DNA of 64,000 bases from an uncultured delta proteobacterium. GTDB taxonomy: Bacteria > Myxococcota_A > Polyangia > Fen-1088. Every line of letters starts with the position of its first letter. Position 1 is the first letter of the stretch. Of this stretch, positions 21,098 to 31,387 are shown piece after piece. Below the pieces are notes generated by a model that saw nothing but the letters and a program-made list of their open reading frames with translations, had not been told where the DNA came from and did not search any database. A program made the position numbers and the translations under genes. Location of the stretch: contig CAVWIP010000018.1 of assembly GCA_963755125.1 (NCBI GenBank), positions 64,001-128,000 on the forward strand, read 5' to 3'.

Positions 21098-22624
21098 ATG
21101 TGCGTGATGCGCCGACTCGACGCGCGGCTGTTGCCTTTCGTCCTGGTGGGCGTTTCTCTGGCCGCGGCCATCGCTCTGCCCAGTCACGATGTGAACGGCG
21201 ATGCGTTCGACAAGTTGCTCAGCCTGGAGAAGGAGCGTTGCCCGAGCAGCCCAAAGCACCCGGCGGCGGAACCCGCCGGCTGGCTTCTCATGCGGGCGCT
21301 TCGCCACGCCGGCTATGCAGGCCGCGCCTTGCGGCCAATCCAGTTGTGCAACGGCGTGTGGATGTCGCTGGCCCTGGCGGCGATCTTCCTGTTCGCGCGG
21401 CAAACAACCCGGAGCCGTGCCGCAACCGCTGGCGTGGTCCTGCTGGCAGCGGGATGCTACGCCTGGCTCCACTTGGTGCTGGATCCCTATCTCTTCTACT
21501 GGCCTCCGTCCCTGGCCGGCCTGCTGTGGGCTGCCTGGCTGGTGCAAGGCACGACGACGGCAAAGCGTGGGTGGGTGTCCTGGGCGGCGGCACTGTTGTG
21601 TCTGGTCGGCGCGGTTCTGTTCAACCCGATGATCGTGATGGCGGTGCCGGCGGTGGCAGCGACCTGTTTCGCGACGGATGCTCGCTTGTGCCCTGCGCGC
21701 GCGCGCGTGCGGGGCCTCTGCCTGGTGCTAGCGCCCGCGCTGGCGCTGGGCGTAGCCATGCGTCGCTCCGGGTCGACGGGCGCGGGCGAGATCTACGGCC
21801 GCTGGCGTCTCGACACATGGCAATCGGCTATGTTCGGGGCCAAGCACGCCTTGCTGGCCCACAGCTACCACCTCGACGGTAGCCGCTGGAAAACGCTGGG
21901 CGTATCGCTGCTGGGCATCGCCAAGGTTGGTCTGGTGCCGGCCGGACTCGCCCTGCTCTGGCTGATGGTTCGTTCCGGACGGCCTGGCCTGCGATTGGGC
22001 GTGTGGTGGGGACTGGGTGCCGCGGTCGGCGCCATCTTCGTTGCCTGGTGGGATCCGGCGCAGGGACAATTCTGGTTGCTGCCGGTCTTGCTCCTGCTCA
22101 TGGGGGTGGCGGCAGCACAAGCACAAGGCCAGCCCGCGCCGACACGGCCGCGGCTCGCGCATGTCGTGCTGGTGGCCGAGGGGGCCATGCTCCTGCTGGC
22201 CAATTCCATCGGATACGCCGTGCCTTCGGCCGTCCGGGCGGACACCCACGCCGCCGTCGCCATTCGCATTGCAGCGCGCTTCGCTCGTACCGATATCCTG
22301 ATCTACCCCGGGTTCAGCGATCCTTATCTGGCCTACTACGCCGGCCTTCCGGGCGATTGTATGATCGGTTTCTACTTCCAGAAGCGCGCCCGACCGGAGC
22401 TGGCGTCGTCACTCGACGCGCTGGCCGAGTTCATCGCCCACAGCAAGGCCGAGGGCCGGCGCGTGTTCTTACAAACCCGCGCCGGCGGGTTGCCCGAGAT
22501 TCCACCCTGGGTGATGGCAACCGGAGTGGACTACCGCGTGGAGGATTTCCTTCGCATCGAGTGGGGGCAGACCGTGTCGGTGGAAGGCCAGACGTTCCGG
22601 CAGGCTCTCGCCGTCCGTCGCTAG
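21098..22624 (+). CDS. Polytopic membrane protein, possible GT-C glycosyltransferase
   Basis: Multiple TM segments, acidic loop (DVNGD) and HP motif after TM1, soluble C-terminal domain; start uncertain. Confidence 0.55.
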   Translation: MCVMRRLDARLLPFVLVGVSLAAAIALPSHDVNGDAFDKLLSLEKERCPSSPKHPAAEPAGWLLMRALRHAGYAGRALRPIQLCNGVWMSLALAAIFLFARQTTRSRAATAGVVLLAAGCYAWLHLVLDPYLFYWPPSLAGLLWAAWLVQGTTTAKRGWVSWAAALLCLVGAVLFNPMIVMAVPAVAATCFATDARLCPARARVRGLCLVLAPALALGVAMRRSGSTGAGEIYGRWRLDTWQSAMFGAKHALLAHSYHLDGSRWKTLGVSLLGIAKVGLVPAGLALLWLMVRSGRPGLRLGVWWGLGAAVGAIFVAWWDPAQGQFWLLPVLLLLMGVAAAQAQGQPAPTRPRLAHVVLVAEGAMLLLANSIGYAVPSAVRADTHAAVAIRIAARFARTDILIYPGFSDPYLAYYAGLPGDCMIGFYFQKRARPELASSLDALAEFIAHSKAEGRRVFLQTRAGGLPEIPPWVMATGVDYRVEDFLRIEWGQTVSVEGQTFRQALAVRR

Positions 22625-22646
22625 TCTTCCCGGGCCGATTTCCAGT

Positions 22647-24185
22647 CTACTTCAGCTCGAAGAAGCTGCGAATCCGCTGCAGGAACTGGCTCTTGCGCTC
22701 GGCAGTCTGCGCCGCGGCCAGCGCACTCATTTCGCCGCCTTTCTTTTCGATGTACGACTGGCGCGTGGCCAGCAGCGACGACATGTGATCGGCCACCGCC
22801 GGACGCGTGGTGAGCAGGCGCTGGAAGGTGGCGTGGTCCAGCTCGAAGCTCATCACGTCGGTGGCGGCCAGGCAGGTCGCGGCGCGCGGCTCCCCGGTCA
22901 TCAGCGACATCTCGCCCACGAAATCGCCCGGGCCGAGGGTGGCGATGACTCTGTTCATGCCCGCCTGGGTGAGCGATACGTGAACCTCGCCGCCCGCGAT
23001 GATGAACATGGAATCGCCGGGGGTGCCCTGACGAATGATGGACTCGCCCGCAGCAAAGGGGCGGCGACACAGGCCGCGGGCCAGCAGCTCGCGTTCGGCC
23101 GGTTCCAGGGTGGCGAACAGATCCACCTGATCGAGCGCGGTCATGCGCGCCGCGAGCTCGCGCGGCGCCGGTTGGTCGGCATCGGCGGCCTGTGCCCCTT
23201 GCATGACCACGGTGCGGATGGGAAACGGCATCTCCAGTCCCGCGCGCGCGGCCGCGTACCAGACGCGCGTGCGCACCTCGCCCTCGATCTCGGGCGCCTG
23301 GTCGAACCGATCGATCCAGTAGCGCAAGGCATAGATGATGGCGCTGTCGCCGAACTCGACCGGGAGACAGTCAGGCTCGGGGACGGTGAGCACGCCTGGC
23401 GTCTCACGCGCGGCCTCGGCCAGCAGCTTGCGTACCTGATTGGGCGGATGGCGGTAGTGGAGACCAATGTTCAGCCACACGCGGTGGTTGGGCGACGGCC
23501 GCGAGTAGTTGTAGACCTCCTGCGCGGTGATCTGACCGTTGGGGATGATGATGGTGTCGCCGTCAATGGTGCGCAGAACCGTCGAGCGCCAGTGAATCTC
23601 GGCAATGCGCCCCTTGCGGTTGCCGAACTGGACCCAGTCGCCCACGCCCAGCGAGCGGTCCATGTTCAGCAGGATGCCGGCCAGCAAATTGGTCAGCGTG
23701 CTCTGCAGCGCCAGACCCAAAATCGCGGTGAGCACCGCCGAGGTCGTCACCATCGAGGTGACGTCGACGCCGCTCTGGCCGAGCACACCGAAGAGCACCA
23801 CCACGAAGGCCAAAACCAGGATGAGATCGCGCAGCAGGAGAGGAAAGTGCACGTTGGCGCGCGCCGGAAGGATCTCGAACATGGCCATGACCAAGGTGCC
23901 CACCGCGCCCATGGCAACGAAGAAGGTGGACAGCACGGCCATCACCCGACCGAAGGCCAGGTGCCCACCGCCCACCGCCAGCAAGCCCAGGCGCAGCAGG
24001 GCCAGCGACGCACCGATGACCAGGAAAATCTGCAGCACGCTGCCGTGATCGCGGTTCTCGCGCGGAAGCCGTCGGCGCAGGAAGATGAGCACGACCAGCG
24101 TGCCCAGCGCCGTGAGCAGACTCATGCCCGGTCCGGTGAAGGGTCCGGCCTTGGTCAGATCGAGCAGGCGCTGCCAGCGGTTCAT
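22647..24185 (-). CDS. MscS mechanosensitive channel with C-terminal cyclic nucleotide-binding domain
   Basis: GLALQSTLTNLLAG…GDWV…WRST; IIRQGTPGDSMF…FVGEMSLMTGEPRAAT. Confidence 0.92.
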   Translation of the reverse strand: MNRWQRLLDLTKAGPFTGPGMSLLTALGTLVVLIFLRRRLPRENRDHGSVLQIFLVIGASLALLRLGLLAVGGGHLAFGRVMAVLSTFFVAMGAVGTLVMAMFEILPARANVHFPLLLRDLILVLAFVVVLFGVLGQSGVDVTSMVTTSAVLTAILGLALQSTLTNLLAGILLNMDRSLGVGDWVQFGNRKGRIAEIHWRSTVLRTIDGDTIIIPNGQITAQEVYNYSRPSPNHRVWLNIGLHYRHPPNQVRKLLAEAARETPGVLTVPEPDCLPVEFGDSAIIYALRYWIDRFDQAPEIEGEVRTRVWYAAARAGLEMPFPIRTVVMQGAQAADADQPAPRELAARMTALDQVDLFATLEPAERELLARGLCRRPFAAGESIIRQGTPGDSMFIIAGGEVHVSLTQAGMNRVIATLGPGDFVGEMSLMTGEPRAATCLAATDVMSFELDHATFQRLLTTRPAVADHMSSLLATRQSYIEKKGGEMSALAAAQTAERKSQFLQRIRSFFELK

Positions 24186-24197
24186 GTTGACCTAATC

Positions 24198-24288
24198 CCG
24201 TAATAGTCGCAGGTGGTCGTGGTCAACGGTAGTCACTCCGGCCACGACCACGACCACATCTACGTCTACGGCCACGTCTACGACCTCC
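24198..24288. repeat. Hexamer-based (GACCAC/GTCTAC/GGCCAC) hairpin repeat, copy A
   Basis: GTGGTCGTGGTC…GGCCACGACCAC stem followed by GTCTAC/GGCCAC units; related to the copy at ~31.4 kb. Confidence 0.65.
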
Positions 24289-24303
24289 GCCGGCAAAGCC
24301 GGG

Positions 24304-25824
24304 TTACCCATGGGCCGGCGGCTCGCCATCGAGGGGATGCGGAACGACCTCGTCGCGCGTGGGCAGCAGGTGCTCGAGACCGTGCTTACGCATGCGATAG
24401 TAGAGCGTCGAGCGGTTGATGCCCAGCGCGCGCGCGGCGTGGGCGATGTTGCCCTGGGCGCGTTCCACCGCCGCGATGATCTCGCCGCGCTCCTGCTCGG
24501 ACAGACGCCGGTAGAGCGAACGTCCGCCTTCGCCCGCGGGAGCGGCGCCACTCTCGGCCGGAGCCCCGATGGGAATCCCACCCGACGGGGTCATGCCCAG
24601 GCGCCGGCCGAAATCGAGGTCAGCCACGGTCAAGCTCGGCCCGGAAACCAGGATCATGGCCCGCTCGATGACGTTCTCCAGCTCCCGCACATTGCCCGGC
24701 CAGGGATAGGCAGCCAGGGCGGCCAGGGCGCGCGGGTCCGCGGCGCTGACCATCTTGCCGCTCGACTGGGCGTACTTCTGCATGAAGTGCTCGACCAGCA
24801 AGGGGATGTCGCCGGGCCGTTCGCGCAGAGGCGGCATGGTGATGGGAAAGACGTTGAGCCGGTAATAGAGATCCTCGCGGAACTTGCCCTCGACGATCAG
24901 CCGTTCCAGATCGCGGTGGGTGGCCGAGATCAGGCGCACGTCGACCTTGACCGTCTCCACACCACCCACCCGTTCGAACTCGCGCTCCTGCAGAACCCGC
25001 AGCAGCCTGACCTGCACATCGAGAGGAAGGTCGCCCACCTCGTCGAGAAAAAGCGTGCCACCGTCGGCCAGCTCGAAACGGCCAGCCCGGCGCGCCACCG
25101 CGCCAGTGAAAGCGCCCTTCTCGTGACCGAACAGCTCGGATTCCAGGACCCCCGGGGCCAGGGCCGCACAGTTCACCCGCACGAAGGGGCGGCTCTCGCG
25201 CGGGCTGTTGATGTGGATGGCCCGCGCCACCATCTCCTTGCCGGTGCCGGTTTCCCCGCGCAAGAGCACCGTGGCCGCGGTCTGCGCCACCTGCTCCACC
25301 TTGGTCAGCACCTGGCGCAGCGGCGGCGAGTCGCCCACGATGGCGCCGAAGTTGTAGGCGCTGTCAGCCTCGCGCGACAGTACGCGCGCGTACTGCGAAA
25401 GCTGGTCCAGCAAGCGACGATTCTCGCGCACCAGATGAAAGCGCTCCACCGCGTGCACCAGGATCCCGCGCAGTTCCTTGCTGTCCCAGGGCTTGGTGAT
25501 GTAGCGGTAGATGCGGCCCAGGCTGATGGATTCGATGAGCACGTCCACGTCGGTGAACGCGGTGACGATGATGCCCACGGCGTCGGGGCGGATGTCACGC
25601 ACGGCGCGCAGCAGTTCCAGCCCGGTCATGCGCGGCATGCGCTGGTCGGTCACCACCACCGCCATGTCGTGGGCGCGCACCAAGTTCAGCGCTTCCTCGG
25701 CACCCGAGGCCAGGTGCAAGGTGAAGGTCTTGCCAAAGGTGAAACGGAACGCGTCCAGGTTGTCGCTCTCGTCGTCGACCACCAGGATGGGGAACTTCGT
25801 CCATTCGATTTCGCCCACAGCCAT
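24304..25824 (-). CDS. Sigma54-dependent response regulator (NtrC family)
   Basis: Receiver (VVDDE, TDQRMP), GETGTGKE, ELFGHEKGAFTGA, WPGNVREL, Fis-type HTH. Confidence 0.95.
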   Translation of the reverse strand: MAVGEIEWTKFPILVVDDESDNLDAFRFTFGKTFTLHLASGAEEALNLVRAHDMAVVVTDQRMPRMTGLELLRAVRDIRPDAVGIIVTAFTDVDVLIESISLGRIYRYITKPWDSKELRGILVHAVERFHLVRENRRLLDQLSQYARVLSREADSAYNFGAIVGDSPPLRQVLTKVEQVAQTAATVLLRGETGTGKEMVARAIHINSPRESRPFVRVNCAALAPGVLESELFGHEKGAFTGAVARRAGRFELADGGTLFLDEVGDLPLDVQVRLLRVLQEREFERVGGVETVKVDVRLISATHRDLERLIVEGKFREDLYYRLNVFPITMPPLRERPGDIPLLVEHFMQKYAQSSGKMVSAADPRALAALAAYPWPGNVRELENVIERAMILVSGPSLTVADLDFGRRLGMTPSGGIPIGAPAESGAAPAGEGGRSLYRRLSEQERGEIIAAVERAQGNIAHAARALGINRSTLYYRMRKHGLEHLLPTRDEVVPHPLDGEPPAHG

Positions 25825-25866
25825 GCCCTTGACGGTAACATAAAGTCGAGGAACCGGGACCGTGGA
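25805..25866 (+). repeat. Left copy of a ~62 bp diverged direct repeat (block boundary)
   Basis: 51 of 62 aligned bases (plus one gap) match 39239-39301. Confidence 0.85.
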
Positions 25867-25885
25867 TGCACGCCCCCAAACAGCT

Positions 25886-25994
25886 GGTATGGGAACCCTC
25901 AAAGGGTTCCCATACCCTCCCGCGATGGTGCGCGGCGAGCAAAGCTCGCCGGCTCCCCACGCGACTGATATGGGAACCCTTGGGCACGCGACTA
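25886..25994 (+). repeat. Double-hairpin repeat, copy 3, plus an adjacent collapsed partial copy
   Basis: GGTATGGGAACCCT-CAA-AGGGTTCCCATACC, shared core, then TATGGGAACCCT…CACGCGACTA. Confidence 0.9.
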
Positions 25995-26004
25995 CCGTGA
26001 ACCC

Positions 26005-26940
26005 ATGAGCCGGGATGCCCTGCCTCGCGACGACCACCGGCTGGCGGCTGTGATCGTCCACTTTGCCACCCCCGGGCAGACCGCGGCCTGCGTGGCCGCG
26101 CTGGCGCGGTCGCGGCGGATAGTCGACCACGTGGTGGTGGTCGACAACGGCTCGGGCGACCAAAGCCTGCGCGACAGTTTGGAAAACGTGGACTGGATCG
26201 AGTCGCCGCACAACTTGGGATTCGCCGGCGGCGCCAACCTGGGCGTCCGGCGTGCCCTGGACGCGGGCGCCAGCTACGTGTTTCTGCTCAACAGCGACGC
26301 ACTGGTCGCGCCGGACTGCCTCGGCATTCTGGAAGACGCCGTCGAGCAACCAGGCGCGGGGCTGGCTGGTCCCGCCATCGTGTCGGCCCGTGACCCGGCC
26401 AGGCTGGAATCGACCGGGATTGCCTACGCGCCGCTGACAGGCCGCATGCGGCTTTCCGGCTGGGGCCAATCTCTGCCTGCGGCCGGCACTCCGACGTACC
26501 CGGTGGACGCGGTGAGCGGCTGTGCCCTCATGATCCGTCGGGAGGTGTTCGATCGCGTGGGTCTTCTGCCCGAGGAGTATTTCTTCGGCTTCGAGGATGT
26601 GGACTTCTGCCTGCGAGGGCGGAACGCAGGTTTCATCGTCCTGTGCGCCCCTGCCGCCCGGGTGCTTCACCAAGGAGGCGCCAGCCTGGCGCCTGGCTCG
26701 CCTGACCGCATCTACTTCGCGACCCGCAACCATCTCTTGCTCGCGCGGCGTGCGCGCCCACTGCCCGCGCCGCTCTCCGCCCTGCGCGCGGCCCACATCC
26801 TGGCGCTGAACCTGGCGCATCTGGTTCTACGGACGAAGGTGCCACGCCTGGCAGGCGTGCGCGCCCTGGCCACCGGTTTCGCCGACTATTGCGCTGGCCG
26901 TTTCGGCGCACGCGCCGGGACCGCATCACGTCCTACGTAG
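26005..26940 (+). CDS. GT2 glycosyltransferase (rhamnosyltransferase-like)
   Basis: VVDNGS, NLGFAGGAN, LLNSD, SGCALMI, FEDVDFC. Confidence 0.9.
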   Translation: MSRDALPRDDHRLAAVIVHFATPGQTAACVAALARSRRIVDHVVVVDNGSGDQSLRDSLENVDWIESPHNLGFAGGANLGVRRALDAGASYVFLLNSDALVAPDCLGILEDAVEQPGAGLAGPAIVSARDPARLESTGIAYAPLTGRMRLSGWGQSLPAAGTPTYPVDAVSGCALMIRREVFDRVGLLPEEYFFGFEDVDFCLRGRNAGFIVLCAPAARVLHQGGASLAPGSPDRIYFATRNHLLLARRARPLPAPLSALRAAHILALNLAHLVLRTKVPRLAGVRALATGFADYCAGRFGARAGTASRPT

Positions 26941-29458
26941 GGCAACCTGCGGTTCGAACCACGGCATCGAGCGCAGCGGCCAGTGCGGCATCGAAGCCGG
27001 ACTGCGAGCAGTCCTGCGCGACCCGGTCCAGCGCGGCCGAACGCAAACGCTGCCACAGTCCGGGATCGGAATAGAGGCGCGCGCAGGCCTCTGCGAAGGT
27101 AGCTGCGTCGTCGGCAGCTAGCAGTTCGCGGCCCGACTGCCAGCCAAGCTGGCCCGCCAGCAACGACGTCGCCACCACCGGCAGGCCGTGCGCGGCCGCG
27201 TGGTGTACCTTGAAGGGAATGCCCGCGGCAAAACGCGTCGGCGCGACGAACACGCGGGCCCGATCGTACAGCTCGTTCAAGTCATCCACCTGCCCGAGCA
27301 CGCGCACGCCCGGCGCAGCCAGTTCCAGCACCGCCGGCAGGGTGGTGGCGCCCGCGAACTCGACGCTCAGGTCGGCGCCCAGCCTGGCCCGCAGCAGGGG
27401 CAGCACCTTCCGCACGAACCAGCGAACCGAATCCACGTTGGGGCTGTCCTCCTCGTCCAGCGCCCCGACGAAGAGCAGGCCGTCGCGTTCGCCGAAGGAC
27501 CGCGACGTGGGCCTGCAATCCACGCGATGGCCGAGCGTGAAGGTGTGGGGCGCGCCCGCGCCGGAGAAAGTGGCGGCATCCTGGGCGGAGACAGCCAGCA
27601 CCGCCTGCGCCCGCTGCGCCAGCGCCAGTTCCGTGGCACGCTGCCGCTCACCTTCGTCCGTTCTGATCTTGTCGCCGCGTAGGCGATGACCCGCAAGCTC
27701 TCGGTCGGCGAAGATGGCCTCGGCGTCGTAGATGATGGGGAAGTCCAGCGGCGCGCGCAGGCGGGCACAGGCGGAATTCAGGCGGACCATGTTGTGCGGC
27801 CGGCTGGCCAGCACGCACGAATACAGGCCGCGCCTCTCCTCCAGCAGCCGGAACAACCCCTGCGCGCCCACGCCGGTGAGCACCTCCACCGTGGGCGGCA
27901 GCTCGGCGTGCGGGTCGTCGTCGTCGGGAAAGGACAGCGGAGCCAGCGTCGGCAGCCAACCCAGACGCACGAGAGCGGCCAGCAGCTCGACGGCCCGGGG
28001 CTGTCCGCTGCCCCGGGCAACGTGCGGCACGCCATCATCCAGCACCAGGATGCGCGGCCCGGGCCGGTGCGTGCGCGCGTGATGAGCACGCGAGAGATCC
28101 GGCGCCAGCTGCTGGGCGAGCCAGTCGCGGTGCTTGCGCAGGAACATCTGACGTCGCTCGGCCTGCTGGGCGATGGCACTCGCCCGCGAGGGCGAACTGG
28201 CGAACTCGAAGTGCAGGGCCGCCACGCGCGGCTGGAACAGAACGCGCCGGCCCGATTTCCACAGACGCACGCAGTAGTCAGCGTCCTCGTAGTACGCGGG
28301 CGCGAAGTCAGCGTCGAACCCGCCCATCTGCTTCCACAGCGCGCGTGGGGTGAACAGCAGGGCCGCCGAGCAGAAGTCGACCTCGCGCTGAAACATGTAC
28401 TGCGGATCGCGCGGCTGGCCGCCGCGACCGTAGCCCAGGCACGAGCCGTCGTTCCAGATGATGCTGCCGGCCTCCTGCAAAGAACCGTCGGGCGCGATCA
28501 GGCGACCACCCACCGCGCCGATCGAGGGCGAGGCGTCGAGGGTTTGCAGGGCCGCGGCCAGGCTGCCGGGCAAAAGTTCGGCGTCGTTGTTGAGCAGAAG
28601 CAGCACGCGCCCGCGCGCCACCGCGGCGGCCTGGTTGGTCGCGCGCAGGAAGCCCAGGTTCTTCTGGTTGTGCAGGATGGTGACCCCGTCGATGCGATCG
28701 AGCAGCCGGGCGGTCTCATCCGAGGACGCGTTGTCGACCAGCACGACCTCGACCGGTGGCGAGCGGATTTCGGCCAGGGCGCGCAAGCAGCGCAAGGTCA
28801 GCTCGGCCCGGTTGTAGAGCACGACCAAGGCGCTGACCTCGGGCGGCCCGCTCGGGATCAGATCCAGCCGGGCGCCGCTGGCCAGAAAATCGCGCAGCAG
28901 TTCACTGTGCTGAAACTCCAGTCCAGCGCGCGCGGGGAGCGCGACCGTGTTCTCCGCTGTCGTCCCCTGCATCTCGCGGCGGAGTGCGCGTAGCAAGCGC
29001 AACCACTGCCTGGGCGACAGCTCCAGCCGGCCCTCTCGCCAGGCGCGGAAGGCCTTGCAGATGGCACTCCACACAAAGGACGCAAACGAAATCCTCCTGT
29101 TCGCCTGCCGCACGATCACCGACTGAACAAAGCAGCGCGCGCGGTGCCTGCCGTCGAGCACGGCGAACACCTCGATGCGCACGGCCCCGGGGCGCACCCG
29201 GATGCGCCCCTCGAAACCACAGCAGCCGGCTTGTTTCTGCTCGGGGTAGTCAAACGCCACGTCGGGCCTTGCCAGTCCCGCGGCCAGCGCTGTCTCGCGG
29301 CCACCGGCACGGGCCAGCACCGCGCGCACTTCCGATCGCGCGGCGAACACCCAGCCGCGCACCAGCAGCGAGCCAGGGCAAACCACCTGGCCCGCAAACG
29401 GCTCGTCGAGCCAGCCTTCCAGGTCCCCGGCGCCGTCGATCGAGCGCTTCCCCATCAC
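26933..29458 (-). CDS. Multidomain glycosyltransferase (GT2 + GT4-like)
   Basis: VDNASSD, LLNND, YYEDADYC; C-terminal APTRFAAGIPFKV…GLPVV. Confidence 0.88.
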   Translation of the reverse strand: MMGKRSIDGAGDLEGWLDEPFAGQVVCPGSLLVRGWVFAARSEVRAVLARAGGRETALAAGLARPDVAFDYPEQKQAGCCGFEGRIRVRPGAVRIEVFAVLDGRHRARCFVQSVIVRQANRRISFASFVWSAICKAFRAWREGRLELSPRQWLRLLRALRREMQGTTAENTVALPARAGLEFQHSELLRDFLASGARLDLIPSGPPEVSALVVLYNRAELTLRCLRALAEIRSPPVEVVLVDNASSDETARLLDRIDGVTILHNQKNLGFLRATNQAAAVARGRVLLLLNNDAELLPGSLAAALQTLDASPSIGAVGGRLIAPDGSLQEAGSIIWNDGSCLGYGRGGQPRDPQYMFQREVDFCSAALLFTPRALWKQMGGFDADFAPAYYEDADYCVRLWKSGRRVLFQPRVAALHFEFASSPSRASAIAQQAERRQMFLRKHRDWLAQQLAPDLSRAHHARTHRPGPRILVLDDGVPHVARGSGQPRAVELLAALVRLGWLPTLAPLSFPDDDDPHAELPPTVEVLTGVGAQGLFRLLEERRGLYSCVLASRPHNMVRLNSACARLRAPLDFPIIYDAEAIFADRELAGHRLRGDKIRTDEGERQRATELALAQRAQAVLAVSAQDAATFSGAGAPHTFTLGHRVDCRPTSRSFGERDGLLFVGALDEEDSPNVDSVRWFVRKVLPLLRARLGADLSVEFAGATTLPAVLELAAPGVRVLGQVDDLNELYDRARVFVAPTRFAAGIPFKVHHAAAHGLPVVATSLLAGQLGWQSGRELLAADDAATFAEACARLYSDPGLWQRLRSAALDRVAQDCSQSGFDAALAAALDAVVRTAGCPT

Positions 29459-30672
29459 GGCGACACCACCTCGAAGTACACCTCGTCGAGACGCTCCGCC
29501 ACGCCGGCGCTGCCGAAACCGATCCGCACCGCCGGCTGCGCCTGGCAGGCCACGCCCCGCCAGCGCCCCTGCCCGTCCAGGATCTCGCCCAGCGCCCGGG
29601 CCAACGCCGGCGCGTCACCCACTGGCACCACTCGGCCCCCGGTCACCTTGGTGATGGTCTCGCCGCTGCCGCAATCATTGCCCACCACCACCGGTGTTCC
29701 ACAGAGAAGCGCCTCCAGCGGCACCAGGCCCAGGACCTCGTCCTCGGAAGCATAGGCCACCACGTCGGCATCAGCCAAGGCGGCCAGCCGTGCCTGTCCT
29801 GCCAGCGTGTCCAGAAAAGTCACCGTCTCGCTCAGGTGGAGCCGCCGTACAAGCTCGCGCAGCTCGGGACCGCTGCCCATGTCCGGCCCCACGATCACCA
29901 GCCGAGCCTCGGGCCGTGCCAGTGTCGCGAAGGCGTGGATGAGCACATCGACCCGTTTCCGCGGAATGAGCTGTCCCAGGTACACCACCAGCGGCTCGTC
30001 GCGCATGCCCAGCCGCGCGCGCAACTGGCCGCGCGGTATCAGGTCAAGCTCGTCCAGATCCAGCGCAGAGGGAACAGTGCGGATGCGCTCGGCGGGCGTT
30101 CCCAGCTCGATCAATTGGCGTTGCTCGGCATCGCTGATCGCGATCCAGCGCGCGGCATTCTCGAACACGCCCAGGCCCAGGCTGTGATCGAATACCCACT
30201 TGGCCAGGCGCCGACGCTCGATGAGCGGCGCCGTCCCGTGCGTCTGCAAGACGTACGGCACACCGGCCCGCAGGCAGGCATGCGCGGCCAGAGAAGTGGG
30301 CAGGTTGTGGACCGCGTGCAGGTGGGCCACATCGAATCGCCCCATCTCGTCGCGCAGAAAACTGTGCAGACCCACCGGCAGCAGGAACTGCAGGCGGTGG
30401 ACCAGACGGTTGGAGAGGTTTCCGAAGACGCGCACCTCGGGCCCCTGCAACTCGTGCGTCGCTCGCCGCGCGCCGCGCACCGGGTCCCCCGCCGCGACAG
30501 GCAGACGGCTCACCGCCGAGCACGCGTCGGTGGTCGCCACCGTGACCTGGTGGCCGCGGCGGCTCTGGGCGCGCGCCAGGGCCGCCACCGCACGCGGGAT
30601 GCCGCCATAGGCCCAGGCGTCGCCGTAAAACGGCGTGACGTGCAGAAGGCGGAGGGCGCGTCGCGTACCCAT
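29455..30672 (-). CDS. GT4 glycosyltransferase
   Basis: YGGIPR, LGQLIPRKRV, EVLGLVPLEALLCGTPVV. Confidence 0.9.
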   Translation of the reverse strand: MGTRRALRLLHVTPFYGDAWAYGGIPRAVAALARAQSRRGHQVTVATTDACSAVSRLPVAAGDPVRGARRATHELQGPEVRVFGNLSNRLVHRLQFLLPVGLHSFLRDEMGRFDVAHLHAVHNLPTSLAAHACLRAGVPYVLQTHGTAPLIERRRLAKWVFDHSLGLGVFENAARWIAISDAEQRQLIELGTPAERIRTVPSALDLDELDLIPRGQLRARLGMRDEPLVVYLGQLIPRKRVDVLIHAFATLARPEARLVIVGPDMGSGPELRELVRRLHLSETVTFLDTLAGQARLAALADADVVAYASEDEVLGLVPLEALLCGTPVVVGNDCGSGETITKVTGGRVVPVGDAPALARALGEILDGQGRWRGVACQAQPAVRIGFGSAGVAERLDEVYFEVVSP

Positions 30673-30674
30673 TT

Positions 30675-31121
30675 TCAGCGTCTTGCCCCGTCGGGGCGGG
30701 TGGGGTGGACAGCCATTTCAAATGCCTGGCCGCTAGCCAAGCGGACCGCGGTGAAGTGGCGGAGGTCCCGCGTGGCCAATCTGGACACGCCCACTTCTTC
30801 CGCAAAGGCGACGATCGACGCATCCACCAAGCCCAGGCCGAGCTCGGCGTAGCGGCGGTCAATTTCCATGGCCCGGCAGATGTGCCAGGCCGACGGTGAC
30901 ACATAGGTGAAGGCGCCCCGGCGCATGTCGTCGACGAAGCCCGCCATGGCTTTTCTCTGGTGGCGGAGGAAGTAGTCCAGTTCGACCAGGACCAGGCCAG
31001 GCACGTAGCGCGTTCCGGAGTCGTCAATCGCCTGGCGAAAAGCCGCGTGGTCGGGCGCTGACCGGGACAGGTAGTCGAGTAGCGCGCCCGTATCACAAAT
31101 CAGCGCGGACGCGGGCATCAA
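30675..31121 (-). CDS. vapC: PIN-domain (VapC-like) toxin
   Basis: LICDTGAL, VELDY, LGLVDASIV, ATRDLRHF acidic PIN residues. Confidence 0.88.
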   Translation of the reverse strand: MMPASALICDTGALLDYLSRSAPDHAAFRQAIDDSGTRYVPGLVLVELDYFLRHQRKAMAGFVDDMRRGAFTYVSPSAWHICRAMEIDRRYAELGLGLVDASIVAFAEEVGVSRLATRDLRHFTAVRLASGQAFEMAVHPTRPDGARR

Positions 31122-31351
31122 CGCCGCTCACGAAAAAGCTCGGCTTCGTCTCCTCGCTCGGCCAACGGAGATTTGATGACGCCGGCAGAGCGCGGCTTCG
31201 GGTGGGGTCGATACTGTTCGAGGACGATGTCCAGTTGGCGTCGGATGAACTCGGAACGGGACACCCCGGTGCTCCGCGCAGCCCGCGTCAACAACCGATC
31301 GGCGGTGGGTTCCAATGCGATGGTCGTAGCCTTCTTTTGGGCGAGTGCCAT
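31118..31351 (-). CDS. CopG/RHH antitoxin (VapB-like)
   Basis: ATTIAL…AARSTGVSRSEFIRRQL; 4-nt overlap with the PIN gene; TAACAT lies 7 nt before the ATG. Confidence 0.8.
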   Translation of the reverse strand: MALAQKKATTIALEPTADRLLTRAARSTGVSRSEFIRRQLDIVLEQYRPHPKPRSAGVIKSPLAERGDEAELFRERR

Positions 31352-31387
31352 GAGAGTCATGTTACCACAGGGCAGCCCGCCGGGGCA

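Noticed and set aside
21022..21116. TGATGCGCCGAC repeated about 83 bp apart near a gene start
   Set aside because: Short and GC-rich; could be chance or a trivial local duplication
25825..26820. N-terminal extension of the NtrC-type regulator
   Set aside because: Antisense to the GT2 gene and crosses the repeat; the receiver domain begins just after 25824
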